A stretch of 64,000 bases of DNA. Source: Lingula anatina. Taxonomy: Eukaryota; Animalia; Brachiopoda. Below the pieces are notes generated by a model. That model had not been told where the DNA came from. It saw nothing but the letters and a program-made list of their open reading frames with translations, and did no database searches. Below are positions 1 through 16,810 of this stretch, piece by piece. The stretch covers positions 2,294,001 to 2,358,000 of the forward strand of contig CM120640.1 in NCBI GenBank assembly GCA_051362555.1, read 5' to 3'. Position 1 is the stretch's first letter. Every line of letters starts with the position of its first letter. The position numbers and the translations under genes were made by a program.

Positions 1-2695
1 TGCAACGAAGGTCACATGTTTCGCAATGCTAACCCTGTATAAACCAATAGGGGGCAGAACGATAGCATTGATGAAATGTAATGAGACCTGTGTGGGTGAT
101 TGGTTGTTTTAGGGGCCTGCACTTCTTGTTTGGTCGTTTGTTTCTACAGTATTTCAAATTTTAAAAGTTTGGAAATCTTGGGGGCATTGATTTCCAAGGG
201 GGATTTTTTTTCAGCAAATGTGCTAATATCACAAGCGTCAAAATAAATGGTGAAATAAATTATGTTTGATCTAAATCGGGTAAATGAAAAGCTGAGAGGG
301 ACAAGCGCCGTTATGATAATAAATAAAGAATATAAAAAAAAACTATCGAGAGTTTTTTAAAGGCTTGTCAAATAAAAATCAAATTAACACTTATTAAAAT
401 AAAGAGGTGGCACATATATTAAGCAAAAACTTAACCTCGGGTGTTAGGATGCAGCCTTTCTCTGCTATTTAAATAGAATTCATGAATGAAGCCACGAGTA
501 GGCCTCAGATAGCATCGTTTTCGGTATCTTATTACCACATACTGTTCTTACCTGCTGTTGTTATGTGCATTTTACGCTATTTAATAGTCCTGAAAATGTT
601 CCCTGAAAGGTTTCAATGGCCTCCCAGAATATTTGTTCGTGTAGCAAAAAATTGTATTGTTGTTGTTATATAATATTGTCCTCTTAATGATAAGTGTTAG
701 GTCTAAATATCATCACTACATAAGCACCGACCAAAAACAGAACCTCCATTATTTTAATTCAGCCATGTTGCGAGATGGCGATCATCGTGCACGATGTGAG
801 TAAAGAATTAGCAGCATCAGGTGACCGAATGCTACTTGATAATAATTAATTACATTTGAATATCAGATCTTGTGTCTACTGCATCTCACGCAAGTCATCT
901 CTATACTACCCCAACCCCATTTATCTTGATAAGTTCTGGGGGTAGATTATTAATTAATTAATTTATTTTATCTATTTTATTTATATTTATTTATTTATTT
1001 ATTTTATTTATTTATTTATTTGCTAAGATGGTTTGGATACAAGTTCATACATCGACTAATCCTCATCTTTCTTTTGACTTTCCCCCGCTTGCATCTGTCA
1101 TTGACGCTTCCGATTCTCCTCAGAAGCACTTACGTATATACATATATACATATAGGCAGTGAAACAAATATAAGCAATATACAATGACAGTATTAGAAAA
1201 GAACAGCAATATTAAAAAATCAAGAGTTCACATCAAACACTATTTAAAACTTTAGATGTGGGAACCTTGTATCAGAACACTACTTAAAATTTCGATTTAA
1301 ATTTAAAGGATGTGGTCATTTGAAGTAAATGTTTTATTGAAAAATAATCCAAAAGAAACGAGAATTGAAATATTTCTGTAAATTGAACTTCCCTTAAAAC
1401 ACAGGTCTTTCGTTAGTTAAAAATTTCTCATCTCATAATTTGTTCCTCAGAAATGATGTACTGGTACTTGTTTGGAGCGACCACTGGTCATTGCTTTCAC
1501 TATGCATGGTACGCGGCGGCATAGGAATGTATAAATGACCTAACAGCCGAACAATGGCACGAAAGCGGACGTTTGCGTAGTCTATAATATGAGGCACAGG
1601 AGTGTAAAATAACATACGGATGAGAATTGACTAAATATCTAATTATCTTATTTTCAGAAAACGTGGACATACCCCCTCCCCCCCTTTCTTGTGCCGCCCA
1701 GAGCACGTCCACTATCCGCCATGCTCTAAGTAAGCTACTGATGCGACATGACAGAGCGCAAACTTAGATACTGAAGCGAATGAAAGAAGGCGGGCACTGT
1801 GCACGTTCCACAACGTGAGTTAATGCCCGTCACTGATGCACGCGTTTCGAGGACGTGGACCACCTTATCTTCGAGACAAACGCACAGAAGCGCGTTATAA
1901 AAGTCGAGCAAGGGCATCTGTCAAAATACCTGCGTTGCGTGGTAGTCACTGTCGTGGCTGTCTTGTTAAAACTACCTTAGATTTATATTAAAGATAAGAC
2001 GGTCTTCTTATACCACTTTGGATTTATTCAAGATTTATTTAACAGATAAGACTGTACAGTTTTGTTAGAATTTCCTAAGATTCTCTTCATAGATAAGACC
2101 GGCTGGAGTTACACCCCGGAGAGCATAACGACTTCAATTTAAACTTAGGAGAAGTAGCTTAACACGCATAAATGTGGTTGTATTAATTCACCTCAGTGAC
2201 TGGTTAGGACAGAGAAATCTTGATAATGTGGGTGGGTTCCCAGTTATCGTTTGGGACTCGGGGGTACTTGAGAAGTCTTACTGGCACAACTGTCGCAATG
2301 CCAGAATACTTAGTGGAACAACCAACGGTGAAATCACCTCAGAAAATCCAAGAGTGTTTGGATAAGATTGATTAAAATTGAATGACTTGATTGCGAGTTA
2401 AAATGTGTCATTTTTGATTAAATAAAAACCAGTCTCTTGGATAAAATAACAACTACTTATCTGCAGTCTTAAATGGGGAATAATTTTCTATTGAAAAATC
2501 AAATCTGGTTTTTAACATACTGTGCACCCAGTAATTTTATTCAATGCTTTTTGACACAATTTTCAGTTGTCTAACAGAAAACCATTTAAAATTATTTTTG
2601 TTTGTTTCTATTTGCCTTGTTTAAAGGGGTAATTAATATGCACTGAATAAGGCATACCTATCTTTTGAAAAGTAAAATGCTCTGAATTCTAGCAC

Positions 2696-6380
<3,685 letters not shown>

Positions 6381-6533
6381 GCAATCTCATTGGCTCTGAT
6401 TCCTAGTTTGACCAATCAAAATCAAAAATACTTAATTTTAGGACACGTCAAAGCGACCTCCAAAACCGGAAGTGGCCAGTATTATTGACAGAAATGTAAA
6501 GTAACTTTGCTTGAGGCGGCTTTAAATATCAAC
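6381..6533. promoter_or_regulatory. Putative bidirectional promoter between NSUN4 and UBE2J1
   Basis: Divergent ATGs are ~150 bp apart, with an ETS/GABP-type CCGGAAGTG at 6466-6474. Confidence 0.6.
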
Positions 6534-9351
6534 ATGCAGTCACAGTACAGTCTCCGGAGTCCATGTAAGTCATATCTGATTGAGTTACTGAGTTGTACAT
6601 TAGGATTATTTGCAATTTTTTAAATAACCATCGTTAGAACGGCACAAATTTAGATTTTCCCGGGTTCAGTCACTTAGAAATGCGCCCGTACAAACGGTAC
6701 ATGTACATGAATCGTAGTATCGTGTAGTATTATTAATAATTACATGTACAACATCCTCTTTCGTTCTTAACCTCTAAGGAAGTGTTGATAGCGGTCATTT
6801 TTTATTGATCACATTTCAAGTGATGTGACAGGCCGTATATGTCAACTTGCATTTTAAATTCTCTTTGACAACCTGATTGTTTTTTAAACACAAAAATTAC
6901 TTGGCCAGAAATTTTTAAAAGTTTCCTGGCAACTTGCATTTAGGCCTACATATGGACGTGACACACTAATACCTTGTCTTCCTGACTTTTTATGTTAGAA
7001 ATATTAATGGATCAGGCAGAATTCTGATGCTTTTTTTAAAGATATAATGATTGGTAAATAAAAACATTTTAAAAATCATTTAAATTTTATCTACTATTGC
7101 CTGTGTACACCAGTGGTATAGTGAATGTGTTGTATGCAGTCTTAGTTTGTATCACAAGGGTAGTGGCATTCTGATATGAGTAAGACAAGATTTGAAATAG
7201 TCTTTGTGTTTTGTTTTCCTTTTAATAGCTGTAAAACGTTTGATGAAAGAAGCACATGAACTGAGTGAACCAACAGAGCAGTATTATGCCCAGCCACTGG
7301 AGGTATAGTATATTCTATTTTAACACATTTTTATTATCTTTAAATTAGAGATTAAGTATTTCACCCAAGCTGTATTCATAGTTGGACTATTGAAACATTT
7401 CAAAATTGTGTTAATTTTTACTACTGCACTGCAGACAACAGTAACAAACAAAAAAAAAAAAAAAAAAGAAAAAACTTACCCTTTTTTACTTATCAATGTT
7501 TATATTGAAATAAACAGAATTGTGCAATATATTTTGATTTTAGGACAACCTGTTTGAGTGGCATTTCACAATACGTGGTCCTGCAGACACAGAGTTTGAG
7601 GGAGGGATTTACCATGGAAGAATTGTTCTGCCTCCAGATTACCCCATGAAACCACCAAGCATTATTTTATTGACAGTAAGTTGTTTACATCTTGTCTGCA
7701 TTCTTCCTGTCCAAAAACAGCCATTACGTATGCAATCTTTCATTCTCTCTTTTCATCCATTCTCTTTCTTAAGTTTATGAAGATTTGGTTCAGATTGTCA
7801 CTTACCACATTTGAGATTCTGTGAACTTGCATGCAGGTTTTGAAAATAATATTCTTTTTTTTTTTAGTCCAATGGCAGATTTGAAATAGGCAAAAAGATT
7901 TGCCTGAGTATTTCTGGTCACCATCCAGAGTCCTGGCAGCCTTCGTGGTCTAGTAAGTGTATTTAGTCTTCTGATCAGTGAGCAATTTATAAACCCTTAG
8001 ATACATATAACAATGTTTAAACTTCAAACTATTTAGTACCTTCTCTCTACCCTATATAAGAATGAACCCCTAGAGAAGAAAATTTAATTAATGCAGAGGT
8101 TCTTGCTCTGAATTTCTAATATGGATCCTTATTTTGGGCACACATACATACTCATCCACTGTGCTCACTTGTTTTTGTGCTAACCACCAATGTTTAAAAA
8201 ATGCTACAAAGACTTCACCAAAGAGGTAGCAATCAGGGACTCACATACAGAATGCCCAGGAATTAAATAATCAAATCTTTAACTAATTTTCCTTATTTCA
8301 GTAAGGACAGCTTTGCTTGCCATCATAGGCTTCATGCCGACCCATGGAGGTGGCGCCATTGGTTCCTTGGATTATACTGCTGATGAGAGAAGAGTGCTGG
8401 CTAGGAAGTAAGTGTACTCTAAGGAGGGGAATTGCACCCGTACTTTTCTGATTTGTTTGAACGTTGAAATATTTCTCATTGTGATTTTAATTCCTTAATA
8501 GTCAAACACACAAGAGATATGTATGAAATTTTTTACAATTATTGACTTTGGCGGAGTTCTGCAAAACAACATATTGACCAAAAGCAAAAGTCAATAATTT
8601 TTTATTTAATAATTAAAAACCTGAATGTCACTGTCTTCCACTGCTGTCTAACATTGTTGTTCTTTGCAGATTAAAAAAAACATTAAATTTTTTCTGACTG
8701 GTAAAAAAATTAGTGACAACTTCATTTGTCAGTTTTGTGTCCAATGATGACATCATCAGTCAATCAGTATGGGGTATTATCATACCTTTAGTTCACAAAT
8801 ATAAGATCACCATGTATGCTAATTATATGATAAGCACTATCAGCAAGTTATTCTTTTGATAATTTTAGGTCAAGGGAATTCAAATGTCAGAGTTGTGGTC
8901 CTGTGAGTAGTGTCTTATTACCACCAACATCTGCTTCAGAAGAAACAGCCAAAGAAGCCAAAGAACTTGCATCTCAGATCTCCTTTCAGGTTTGAAATCT
9001 GCTTGTTGTTTTGACATTCACAAAGCATTCATGATTGCAAAAACACAGCTGGACCCTTGTGCACACTACACATACTTCTAGGCTCTCTTCACATCAAGCA
9101 GTGCACATAACTTGAACAGTCTGCTTTGAGAAATAAACAATTTTTAGCCTGTCTATTATATTACAGTGTCACCTAAGTGGAGCCCCCCTTGTTCAGCACT
9201 GGCATTGAAATTAAACATGTGAAAGGGAGTAAAGTCCCTGTTGGAACCTGACTATATAAGTGGCCCCATCCAGTTAAGTGCACTGCACGAGGTGAAAAGA
9301 AAGTAAAATAGTTTGGCAGGTAGTCACGCAGGCATGCATGCATGGGGGTAC

Positions 9352-9391
<40 letters not shown>

Positions 9392-10197
9392 GGTTCCTGC
9401 ACACTTCATGTAAGGAAGACTTCTTCTTGTTAGCATATTGGCAACTGAGAATTCAAAGCAGAATAAAAACCACATAAGTGACACACCCTTTAAAATATGT
9501 TTTTTGTTCTTTTTAGGCAGAAAAGGAAAAGACCAAAGAAACCCAAGACAGAAACTCAAATGCTGAAGATGGTGTGCCTGCAGCTGAAACAACTCCCAAC
9601 TTACCCCAGCAACAACAGCCCAACTTTCCTCCATTCCCCGGGTTTCTAATGCCAGGACAGCTGCCAATGAACTTGCCACCCAATTTCATGTTCAACCCAG
9701 CGTATGGTCCTTTTGGTGGACCATACCAGGGAAATCCCAATCTTGTGCAATCTCCTGTGGCTGGTAGCCAGTCAGGTGGGGCACGCACCACCACCACAGA
9801 TACCAGCAATGTACAGACTGAAACTCAACCCAGTGGTACGGTGAACAGTCAAAATGAAAGTGAAACTGCTGTTAATGCATCAACTGCTGGAGCAACCCAA
9901 GCAGGAGTTACAAACAGTGGAGAGAACCAAAGTGTTAACAGTGGCATGAATCAAACTACAACAGAAGAGCCCCAAACCCCAGGATTAAGACAAAGAAGAG
10001 TTAACTCAGAGACCACCTCACCTGCTGTGGACACCAACCCAGTGACGGCAGAGATACCTGTGAGGCGACGGGTCCAGAGGGAGGCAGGGGGGACGGGGTC
10101 ACTTGTCCTCATGATGATCCTGGCTGTGGCTCTGGCTATGCTGGTGGCCAGGAGAGTGCTGCTGTCCAGTGAGTGGTCACCCCAGTGGAGGGACTAG
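6534..10197 (+). CDS. UBE2J1: Ubiquitin-conjugating enzyme E2 J1 (Ubc6-type, ER tail-anchored; 7 exons)
   Basis: Exons 6534-6564, 7229-7302, 7544-7675, 7868-7952, 8302-8407, 8869-8989, 9517-10197. Motifs: MQSQYSLRSPSVKRLMKEA, DNLFEWHFTIRGP, KKICLSISGHHPESWQPSWS. C-terminal TM segment LVLMMILAVALAMLVARR. Confidence 0.95.
9356..9388. repeat. (CA)n microsatellite
   Basis: Directly visible in UBE2J1 intron 6. Confidence 0.9.
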
Positions 10198-10744
10198 GAT
10201 TGAGTATAGGGTGCTTACTACTGGACACATCTAGGGACCACATTAAGCAACCTTGACCTCATTAAATGAGTTGGCAAGAACTTACAAAAATAAAAGGCTC
10301 CTCAAAGAATTGTGAAAAATAGAATGTTAAATCCAAGGCCTGCTTAACAGAGTTCTTGAGCAAATTTATTAAACTGGTCATAAATTCTTTTTATTTATAA
10401 ATTTCTTGTTTTTCAAATCACAGACAGCTACTTGTATTTTCTTTGTTATATTTTTACTGACTTTGTCAGTCTTCACCAGGACACATTTTGATCAATTTAG
10501 TGCAATTGTTGGTAACTGTCTGTGATATGATATGATAAAACAACAAAATAGTCTGCTTTATGGACCTTTGGAGCCTCTCTAGGGCAGAGTACCAGTACAT
10601 GTGTGTATCATGGCAAATGGCAATGATACCTGTTAGTTTATGTGGACCAAACTACAGACTGGATTAACAATTGGTGATAGGCTGTTGGTACATTGGTGTT
10701 TGCTATTGTATCCTGATTTAAATGTCACCTGATACTACTTTTCT

Positions 10745-10781
<37 letters not shown>

Positions 10782-11994
10782 GTTGTTCTCACCAACCTGG
10801 TGAAGGTGTGCTCTGGGTCTAATTTGGTTTTGAGTGTTTAACGTTGCCTGGTGAAGTGATATTAAATTTACTTTGGTATGTACATCCGTAAGGTACTGTA
10901 GATATTTGGACACATTTTAGAAAATTAATATATATATATATAAAGCCACTATGGGGTTATAACTTGTAAGATGCTGGTATATGTACACACGTGGGCACGC
11001 ACGCACGCACACACACATATTGCTTAGGGTACAAACACAGAGAAATGTGCAACATCACAGCTATTTAAATGGTGCAGGGTGCCCTAGTATAAATGTGACC
11101 CAAGAAGGTGAGGGCCATTTATTTTCTGTTTACAAACAATATACAAACCATATATTTCTTAAAACTAGAGTAGTTAGCGAATCCACTGGGTGTAATTGCC
11201 ACAAATAACATGTCATCAGCTGTATTGACAAAGATTTTATCATCATTTATGGAATAAGCTCACAGTTAGCTCCGTTTTGCTAAAGATATTTGAATTCTAC
11301 GGGCGACGTTGCCGATGGCTGATCGATGCACTCTTCTTTTGGAGTTAGATCGATAACTCTGATTTCTTGAGTGTTTGCTGCTGTGGGATGGTGTGGGGAT
11401 TCTTCTTTCAGACACGATCCTTCAGACACCCCCACAGATAAAAATCTGGGGTTGAGGTCTGGGAAAGGGGGCAGAGGGTATTTATTTCATATTTAACTCT
11501 ATCTTGGACAAATAATACGGTTTTATCCAAGACTAAATGTAACAGGAGCGCTTATGACAAAAGGCCTTTCGTTGAATTATGTTTGAGAAATAGAGTAGAA
11601 GTTATGCTTGTGGGACAGGTATAAAATGTTGAATTCGATATTTGTTTCATCACGAATTGAAATATATTTTAAAGTAACATTCTAAGTGTATTTGTGGGTT
11701 GCCTCTGATATATAGTGTATCGACAAAATCCTTTGTGGAGGGAGTAGACCCTACTGGTTTGGCCCAAACTGCTCCCATTTCGGTCAGTTCCAATGTGCCC
11801 CTTACACCTGTAGCCCACGAGTAGATGCCATTGTGGGCCAGGTAAATGTGGCGGTCTGTGTAATTAACGACCACAAACAGTCACAAGTATTAAATGGTTG
11901 GAAAATCATATATATTGACATTGGCATAATACAACCCCCTTTAAACTGAAGAGCGTCCTTTCTGCATCCCGTGGTACGGCCCTGGGCTCCGTAA

Positions 11995-12681
11995 TGCCCC
12001 TATTTCACACAGACCACGAATCCCACGAATGGCCATGAATTGACAAATTTTACGATTCGTGGTTGAATCGTAATCAGTTCGTGAAGTTCTTAACAGATTC
12101 GTATATATTCGTAGTCAGTTCTTGCACTTCTTGACCAACAGGAATTGGTGGCAAAAACTTTGATGCCCCTATTTCACACAGACCACGAATCCGACGAATC
12201 GCCAGGAATTGAAAATTTCAGGATTCGTGGTTGAATCGTAATCAGTTCGTGAAGTTCTTAACAGATTCGTATAATCGTAGTCAGTTCTTGCAATTCTTGA
12301 TCAATCGGGAATTCGTGGCAAAAATTTTGAGCTGTTCAAAGTTTTGGCCACGAACTCACGATTCCAAAAAATCGTAGTGAATTTCTGGACAGTATTCGTG
12401 CGATTCCAGCCGAATCCCACGAATATTCGTAACACTATCGCACCTGTATCGTAACTGAATCGTAAACCGTGTCGAATTAGACCAGAAAATTGGCAAAATC
12501 TCACGAATCCAGGCGAATCCCACGAATATTCGTAACACTATCGCACCTGTATCGTAACCGAATCGTAGAGCGTGTCGAATTAGACCAGAAAATTGGCAAA
12601 ATCTCACGAATACTCACGAATCCTGAAATTTGTCGATTCCTGGCGATTCGTGGGATTCGTGGTCTGTGTGTTATAGAAGCA
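11995..12681. mobile_element. PIF/Harbinger-like MITE with internal duplications
   Basis: TAA on both flanks (11992-11994, 12682-12684). Imperfect TIRs TGCCCCTATTTCACACAGACCACGAATCCCACGAAT / ATTCGTGGGATTCGTGGTCTGTGTGTTATAGAAGCA. The left ~170 bp is duplicated (restart ~12164) and a ~100 bp internal block is duplicated. Confidence 0.8.
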
Positions 12682-12805
12682 TAACTCGAAAGCATCGCAA
12701 ATTGCTAATAGCGATATTTCGAAGCTGCTATATGGGGCGAGTAAATCCCGAGTAATGGAATAGAGACGCTTGCGCTCGACCGCAATTCACGATGCTTTCT
12801 AGTAA

Positions 12806-13649
12806 AGCCTGGTCCCCAACTCCACGCACGATTTTCAGGACGTACGTTTTTTTAGGTTCCTCTCTTCTGGCTGGGACGTAGCTAGATCGAAGAGAAGAAA
12901 TCAAGTAACTGGTGATTGCAATGAATGCGCAAGAAGGAACTGCGTGGAAAGCACAGCCTCCGCACGTCAGAAGTACCTCTTAGCCTGACGGGCTTTCGCA
13001 CGTGTCCCGCGCGCCCCATGCATGCAAAGGACAAGCATCGTGCACTACGTACGTTATGCGTACAAGGAGTACAGGCAACGCAAGTAGACGTAGGGCAGTC
13101 TTGCTGACTTCCTACTGTTGTTGCTCGTCCTTTGCACGGGAATCTTACGTGTTGAGATGTTTTGGGGAAGGTATAAAAAATGAAATTATGCTTTTTCGTT
13201 CATGCCCCTTCTTTTAAACTCACGGTCTGTGCGCATGGAATGACCACTTCTCGCTCAACATGCACGAAGCCCGTGAGTTCCACACGGTAGGCGCGCGGAA
13301 ATGCGGAGTGAGCACGTAGTGAGCAAGAAATAAGTACGTGTATCGAGCGCCTTAACACGTGCATCGCACGCACCGTAGCCACCCAGGCGCAGTGGGAAAA
13401 AAGAATTTCCTCACGTGTCCTGTACGACAGGTGAACGCTACACGTTCGCCTGTCGTCCTTTTTCCATTTTTTGGAATTTCGTAGACCGCACGCAGCGGCT
13501 GTTGATCATGTCGAAAAATTTCTGCGTACTGTCTGCGACCTCCAAAAGTTGCACGATGGACGTGCTCCTCACGCACGAAATCCCACTTTTTCCCCAATTT
13601 TTTGGCCGTAGACCAGCCACAGCCCGTACGTTGGGTTGGGACCCAGGCT
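12806..13649. mobile_element. GC-rich PIF/Harbinger-like non-autonomous element
   Basis: TIRs AGCCTGGTCCCCAAC / GTTGGGACCCAGGCT flanked by TAA and TTA. The interior is rich in CACG/CGTG motifs and shows no transposase motif. Confidence 0.7.
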
Positions 13650-13832
13650 TTACGACGCCCTGTTTGAGAGTAAAAAATTAATAATACGTTACGTGCCAAC
13701 AACTGGTCGAACATCGAGAATTCATTTTGAGCGACTACATACGTCCACAGGCATAGACTAGTAAATTTAAAAAGGCCGACAGCTGTCTTGGTTATAGAGA
13801 AAATCCCGATTCCGAAAACGGCATTCCTCCCC

Positions 13833-13868
<36 letters not shown>

Positions 13869-14243
13869 ATTGGCGCTATAGCGTCATCCGTTGGACACTG
13901 CACTTAATCTCTGTTTTTAATTGGCCTTTTGGGGAGTATGTTTTAATTTTTTATAAAAACTTATAAGCCCAGGGCATTGGTTGTTTTACTACTAGTGGCC
14001 TTAACATCAGATAGTTAGGAATTCTACTAATAAATAAACGTTCAGCCTATAAAAGTTCGCAATGACTGAACGATTACAGAAATAAAAGGAATAAAGCGGA
14101 TAAAATATTTGTGGTCCTTTGTGACTGCTGGTGGGTCGTTTGTGGTCGTTAATTAACACTTCTGCATACGGTGTAGGATAATATGTAATGCATGAACAAC
14201 CACCATTCCGCCAAGAAGCTCATACCGTTACGTGCGAACAGAT

Positions 14244-15512
14244 ATGATTTACAAACGCATAACCTTGGGTGTCATCTTCATTTCCCTCATATGTATTTTA
14301 CTGTGGATCAAGCTACTGCCGGTTCATGTTACCCTGGCACTGGGAAGTTATGTAATGGGTACTGCTAACCCATGGACAAATGTCCCAAGCTTTGAGGTCT
14401 TCGTTCGCATGTGTTCGGCTAAAAAGGAAATCTATGACACAATACTTACACCAAGTATGAAGCTATTCTGGCCGATCGATATTCGACTGATAGTTGTATT
14501 GGATAACGAGACCAAAAGTGATCATCTTTGTGGAGAGGAACTGCGTAACAGGTACCCTTACCCGAAAGTTTTCTATGAAAATCCTTCTCCGGAAACCTAC
14601 AACAACCACGGACACGATCGACAGCAATGGTCGATGTTTTACCCGGAGAATTACACTAACGCTGAATACATTGGTTTTGTGGATACGGATACTTTATTCA
14701 TATCAACTGTCACACCAGAAGATCTCTTTCTAAACAGTAAACCTGTAGTCATTGGAGTTTATGGAAGTTTTCTTAGTGACTGGTGGAAAGGGGTTGCCTG
14801 GAAGACAAAGAATCTATTTGGAACACCAGAGGTAATGAAGTGTATGGCGTATTTCCCTGTCATCGTGAAAGTTGAGCACATTGTTGAACTGCGACATTAC
14901 CTCGAAAAGCGACACAATAAAACATTTGATGAAATATTCAAAGAGTATACGGTTGTAGACATCTTTTCACAGTTCAATTTAATGTGCCAATATATATTTA
15001 CGTTTCATCGCAACGAATACAGTTTCCATATTCAAAAGCGCCCGAATGGAGAGTGGATGGAAGAAAGTGAAGGAAGAATGCCGTTGAGATTCTATCATGA
15101 TAACTTTACAGTTGAAGAACGCGCACCTGTTGCGAGAACAGCAATCCACTGGCGGTATCACACACCTCCAAGGAGGGAAGTTTTACTGCCTCCGTACAAT
15201 TTAAACAGTTACTACCCCCAAGCTCTCCTAGAAGGAATTTGTCACTCTGGTGGATTTGACGTCTGTCCTGGGCACTGTAGGTATTTTAATAAAAGCAGCA
15301 TTCATAGAAATCTGTTCAATTTTGAGTTCTCTGACTGGACATGGGATCCCGCTTGTGTTGGGGCCCAGGAAAAACACTATGCGGCTGTTCAGCGTTTAAT
15401 GGAACATTACAGATTAAATAAAATGAACATATTTGGTGAAAAAACAGCCGCTGTCGCATGTGAGCGTATCTTCAAGTTGGTGAAAGTGGACAAAAGCAAA
15501 GTAATTCTTTAG
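14244..15512 (+). CDS. Intronless type II membrane GT-A (DxD) glycosyltransferase-like protein, copy 1
   Basis: Single long ORF (ATG 14244). N-terminal TM ITLGVIFISLICILLWI, motif RQQWSMFY...EYIGFVDTDTLF, N-glycosylation sequons and a C-terminal Cys cluster. Near-identical to copies 2 and 3. Confidence 0.85.
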   Translation: MIYKRITLGVIFISLICILLWIKLLPVHVTLALGSYVMGTANPWTNVPSFEVFVRMCSAKKEIYDTILTPSMKLFWPIDIRLIVVLDNETKSDHLCGEELRNRYPYPKVFYENPSPETYNNHGHDRQQWSMFYPENYTNAEYIGFVDTDTLFISTVTPEDLFLNSKPVVIGVYGSFLSDWWKGVAWKTKNLFGTPEVMKCMAYFPVIVKVEHIVELRHYLEKRHNKTFDEIFKEYTVVDIFSQFNLMCQYIFTFHRNEYSFHIQKRPNGEWMEESEGRMPLRFYHDNFTVEERAPVARTAIHWRYHTPPRREVLLPPYNLNSYYPQALLEGICHSGGFDVCPGHCRYFNKSSIHRNLFNFEFSDWTWDPACVGAQEKHYAAVQRLMEHYRLNKMNIFGEKTAAVACERIFKLVKVDKSKVIL

Positions 15513-16235
15513 CATATGATAAATGCTGTAATTGTTGGGTGACTCGCATTTTACTTTTTGCACACAAATACTGGATAACAAAAGTATCCCAAAGTGACAA
15601 GAAGATAGCACTTTAATGAATGTAAACCCATGCAAGTTTACGTTTAATATAATCATCTAAAAACTCGTCACAATCTTTAAAAAAGATAAATCATTGCACA
15701 GCAATCTTGGTTAGGTGCAATTCAGTTATCAGTTGCGAACTACTCCCTCTTTTTCACAAGTTCAAGGGCTCTAATACCATAAATCACCCAAAAATAAATA
15801 GATATGGGCATATCGATTACATACATGCCAAAATTCCACATGACAACGATTTACAGCCTCGCGAGAATTCTTTTCCCTTGACGATCTTTGTCGCCATGTC
15901 GGTCGATGCATACCCTGAGTGTCAGAGCAACGTAAAAGCTAGCTTGCTAAATATACCTTGTGATGGCGTCGCTTTTACTAACAGCACATTGTTAGACTTC
16001 GCCATTACCTCGAAAAACGACACAATAAAACATTTGATGAAATATTCAAAGAGTCGACAGTCGTAGGCATGTTTTCACAGTTCAGTGTGATGTGCCAGTA
16101 CATATTCACGTTTCAGCGCAATGAATACAATTTCCATATTCAAAAGCGCCCGAATGGAGAGTGGATGGAAGAAAGCGAAGGAAGAATGCCGTTGAGATTC
16201 TATCATGAAAACTTTACAGTTGAAGAACACGCACC

Positions 16236-16763
16236 ATATATCTCATGAAACTTATATTATTGTTATATATTGTTGTTGTTGTCTGCTTTTCCCGCGGTTT
16301 TAAGTAGGTCACCAGTGACTATGCAATGTCAGAGAGGCCTCCGTCAGAAAAGCAGGCAACAATAACACTATACAACAATAATATAAGATTCATGAGAAAT
16401 ATTCGCCTTTTTGTTTAAAATGCATTTATATCCACAATGTATGCCATTCTGGGCTTTTCGCTATCCGACGCACTGTACAAAAACTCGCAACTTATGTCTG
16501 CGTCTGCATCAACGCGTTTCCCGCCATGTTATTTTGGTCTCGAATGAACGCGAGAATCCGCGTGACACCCTTACGTCATTAGCAACGGATGCCTTGACGA
16601 CTGGGAAGAAAGGCATCGAAAGCCCTATTGACAAGCACAGATTTTAGTTTTACTACAATAACGGCCGTTTTAGTGGTAAAATACAATAGAATATATTTCC
16701 ATGCGTTGTTTACAATGTATTTCTTGCGGAATTTTGAATCTCAAAGGAAGAGTTATTATTGCT
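16236..16763. mobile_element. Unclassified repeat with a terminal ~55-bp-arm hairpin, replacing part of the pseudogene
   Basis: Inverted arms 16236-16290 and 16348-16402. The distal part (16650-16760) resembles the reverse complement of ~25960-26055. Confidence 0.55.
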
Positions 16764-16810
16764 TTAAATAAAATGAACATATTTGGTGAAAAATCAGCCG
16801 CTGTCGCATG

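Noticed and set aside
1-2400. Possible gene fragments or promoter (TATAAAAG near 1897, splice-like sites near 35 and 550, 63-aa ORF at 2174)
   Set aside because: I could not assemble a phase-consistent gene model or recognise a protein.
9173-9809. Minus-strand 168-aa and 98-aa ORFs
   Set aside because: They are antisense shadows of UBE2J1 exon 7 and the (CA)n repeat.
12301-13903. Multiple overlapping ORFs, including the 183-aa poly-Gly ORF
   Set aside because: They lie within GC-rich MITEs and a poly-C tract, with no transposase or other domain motifs.
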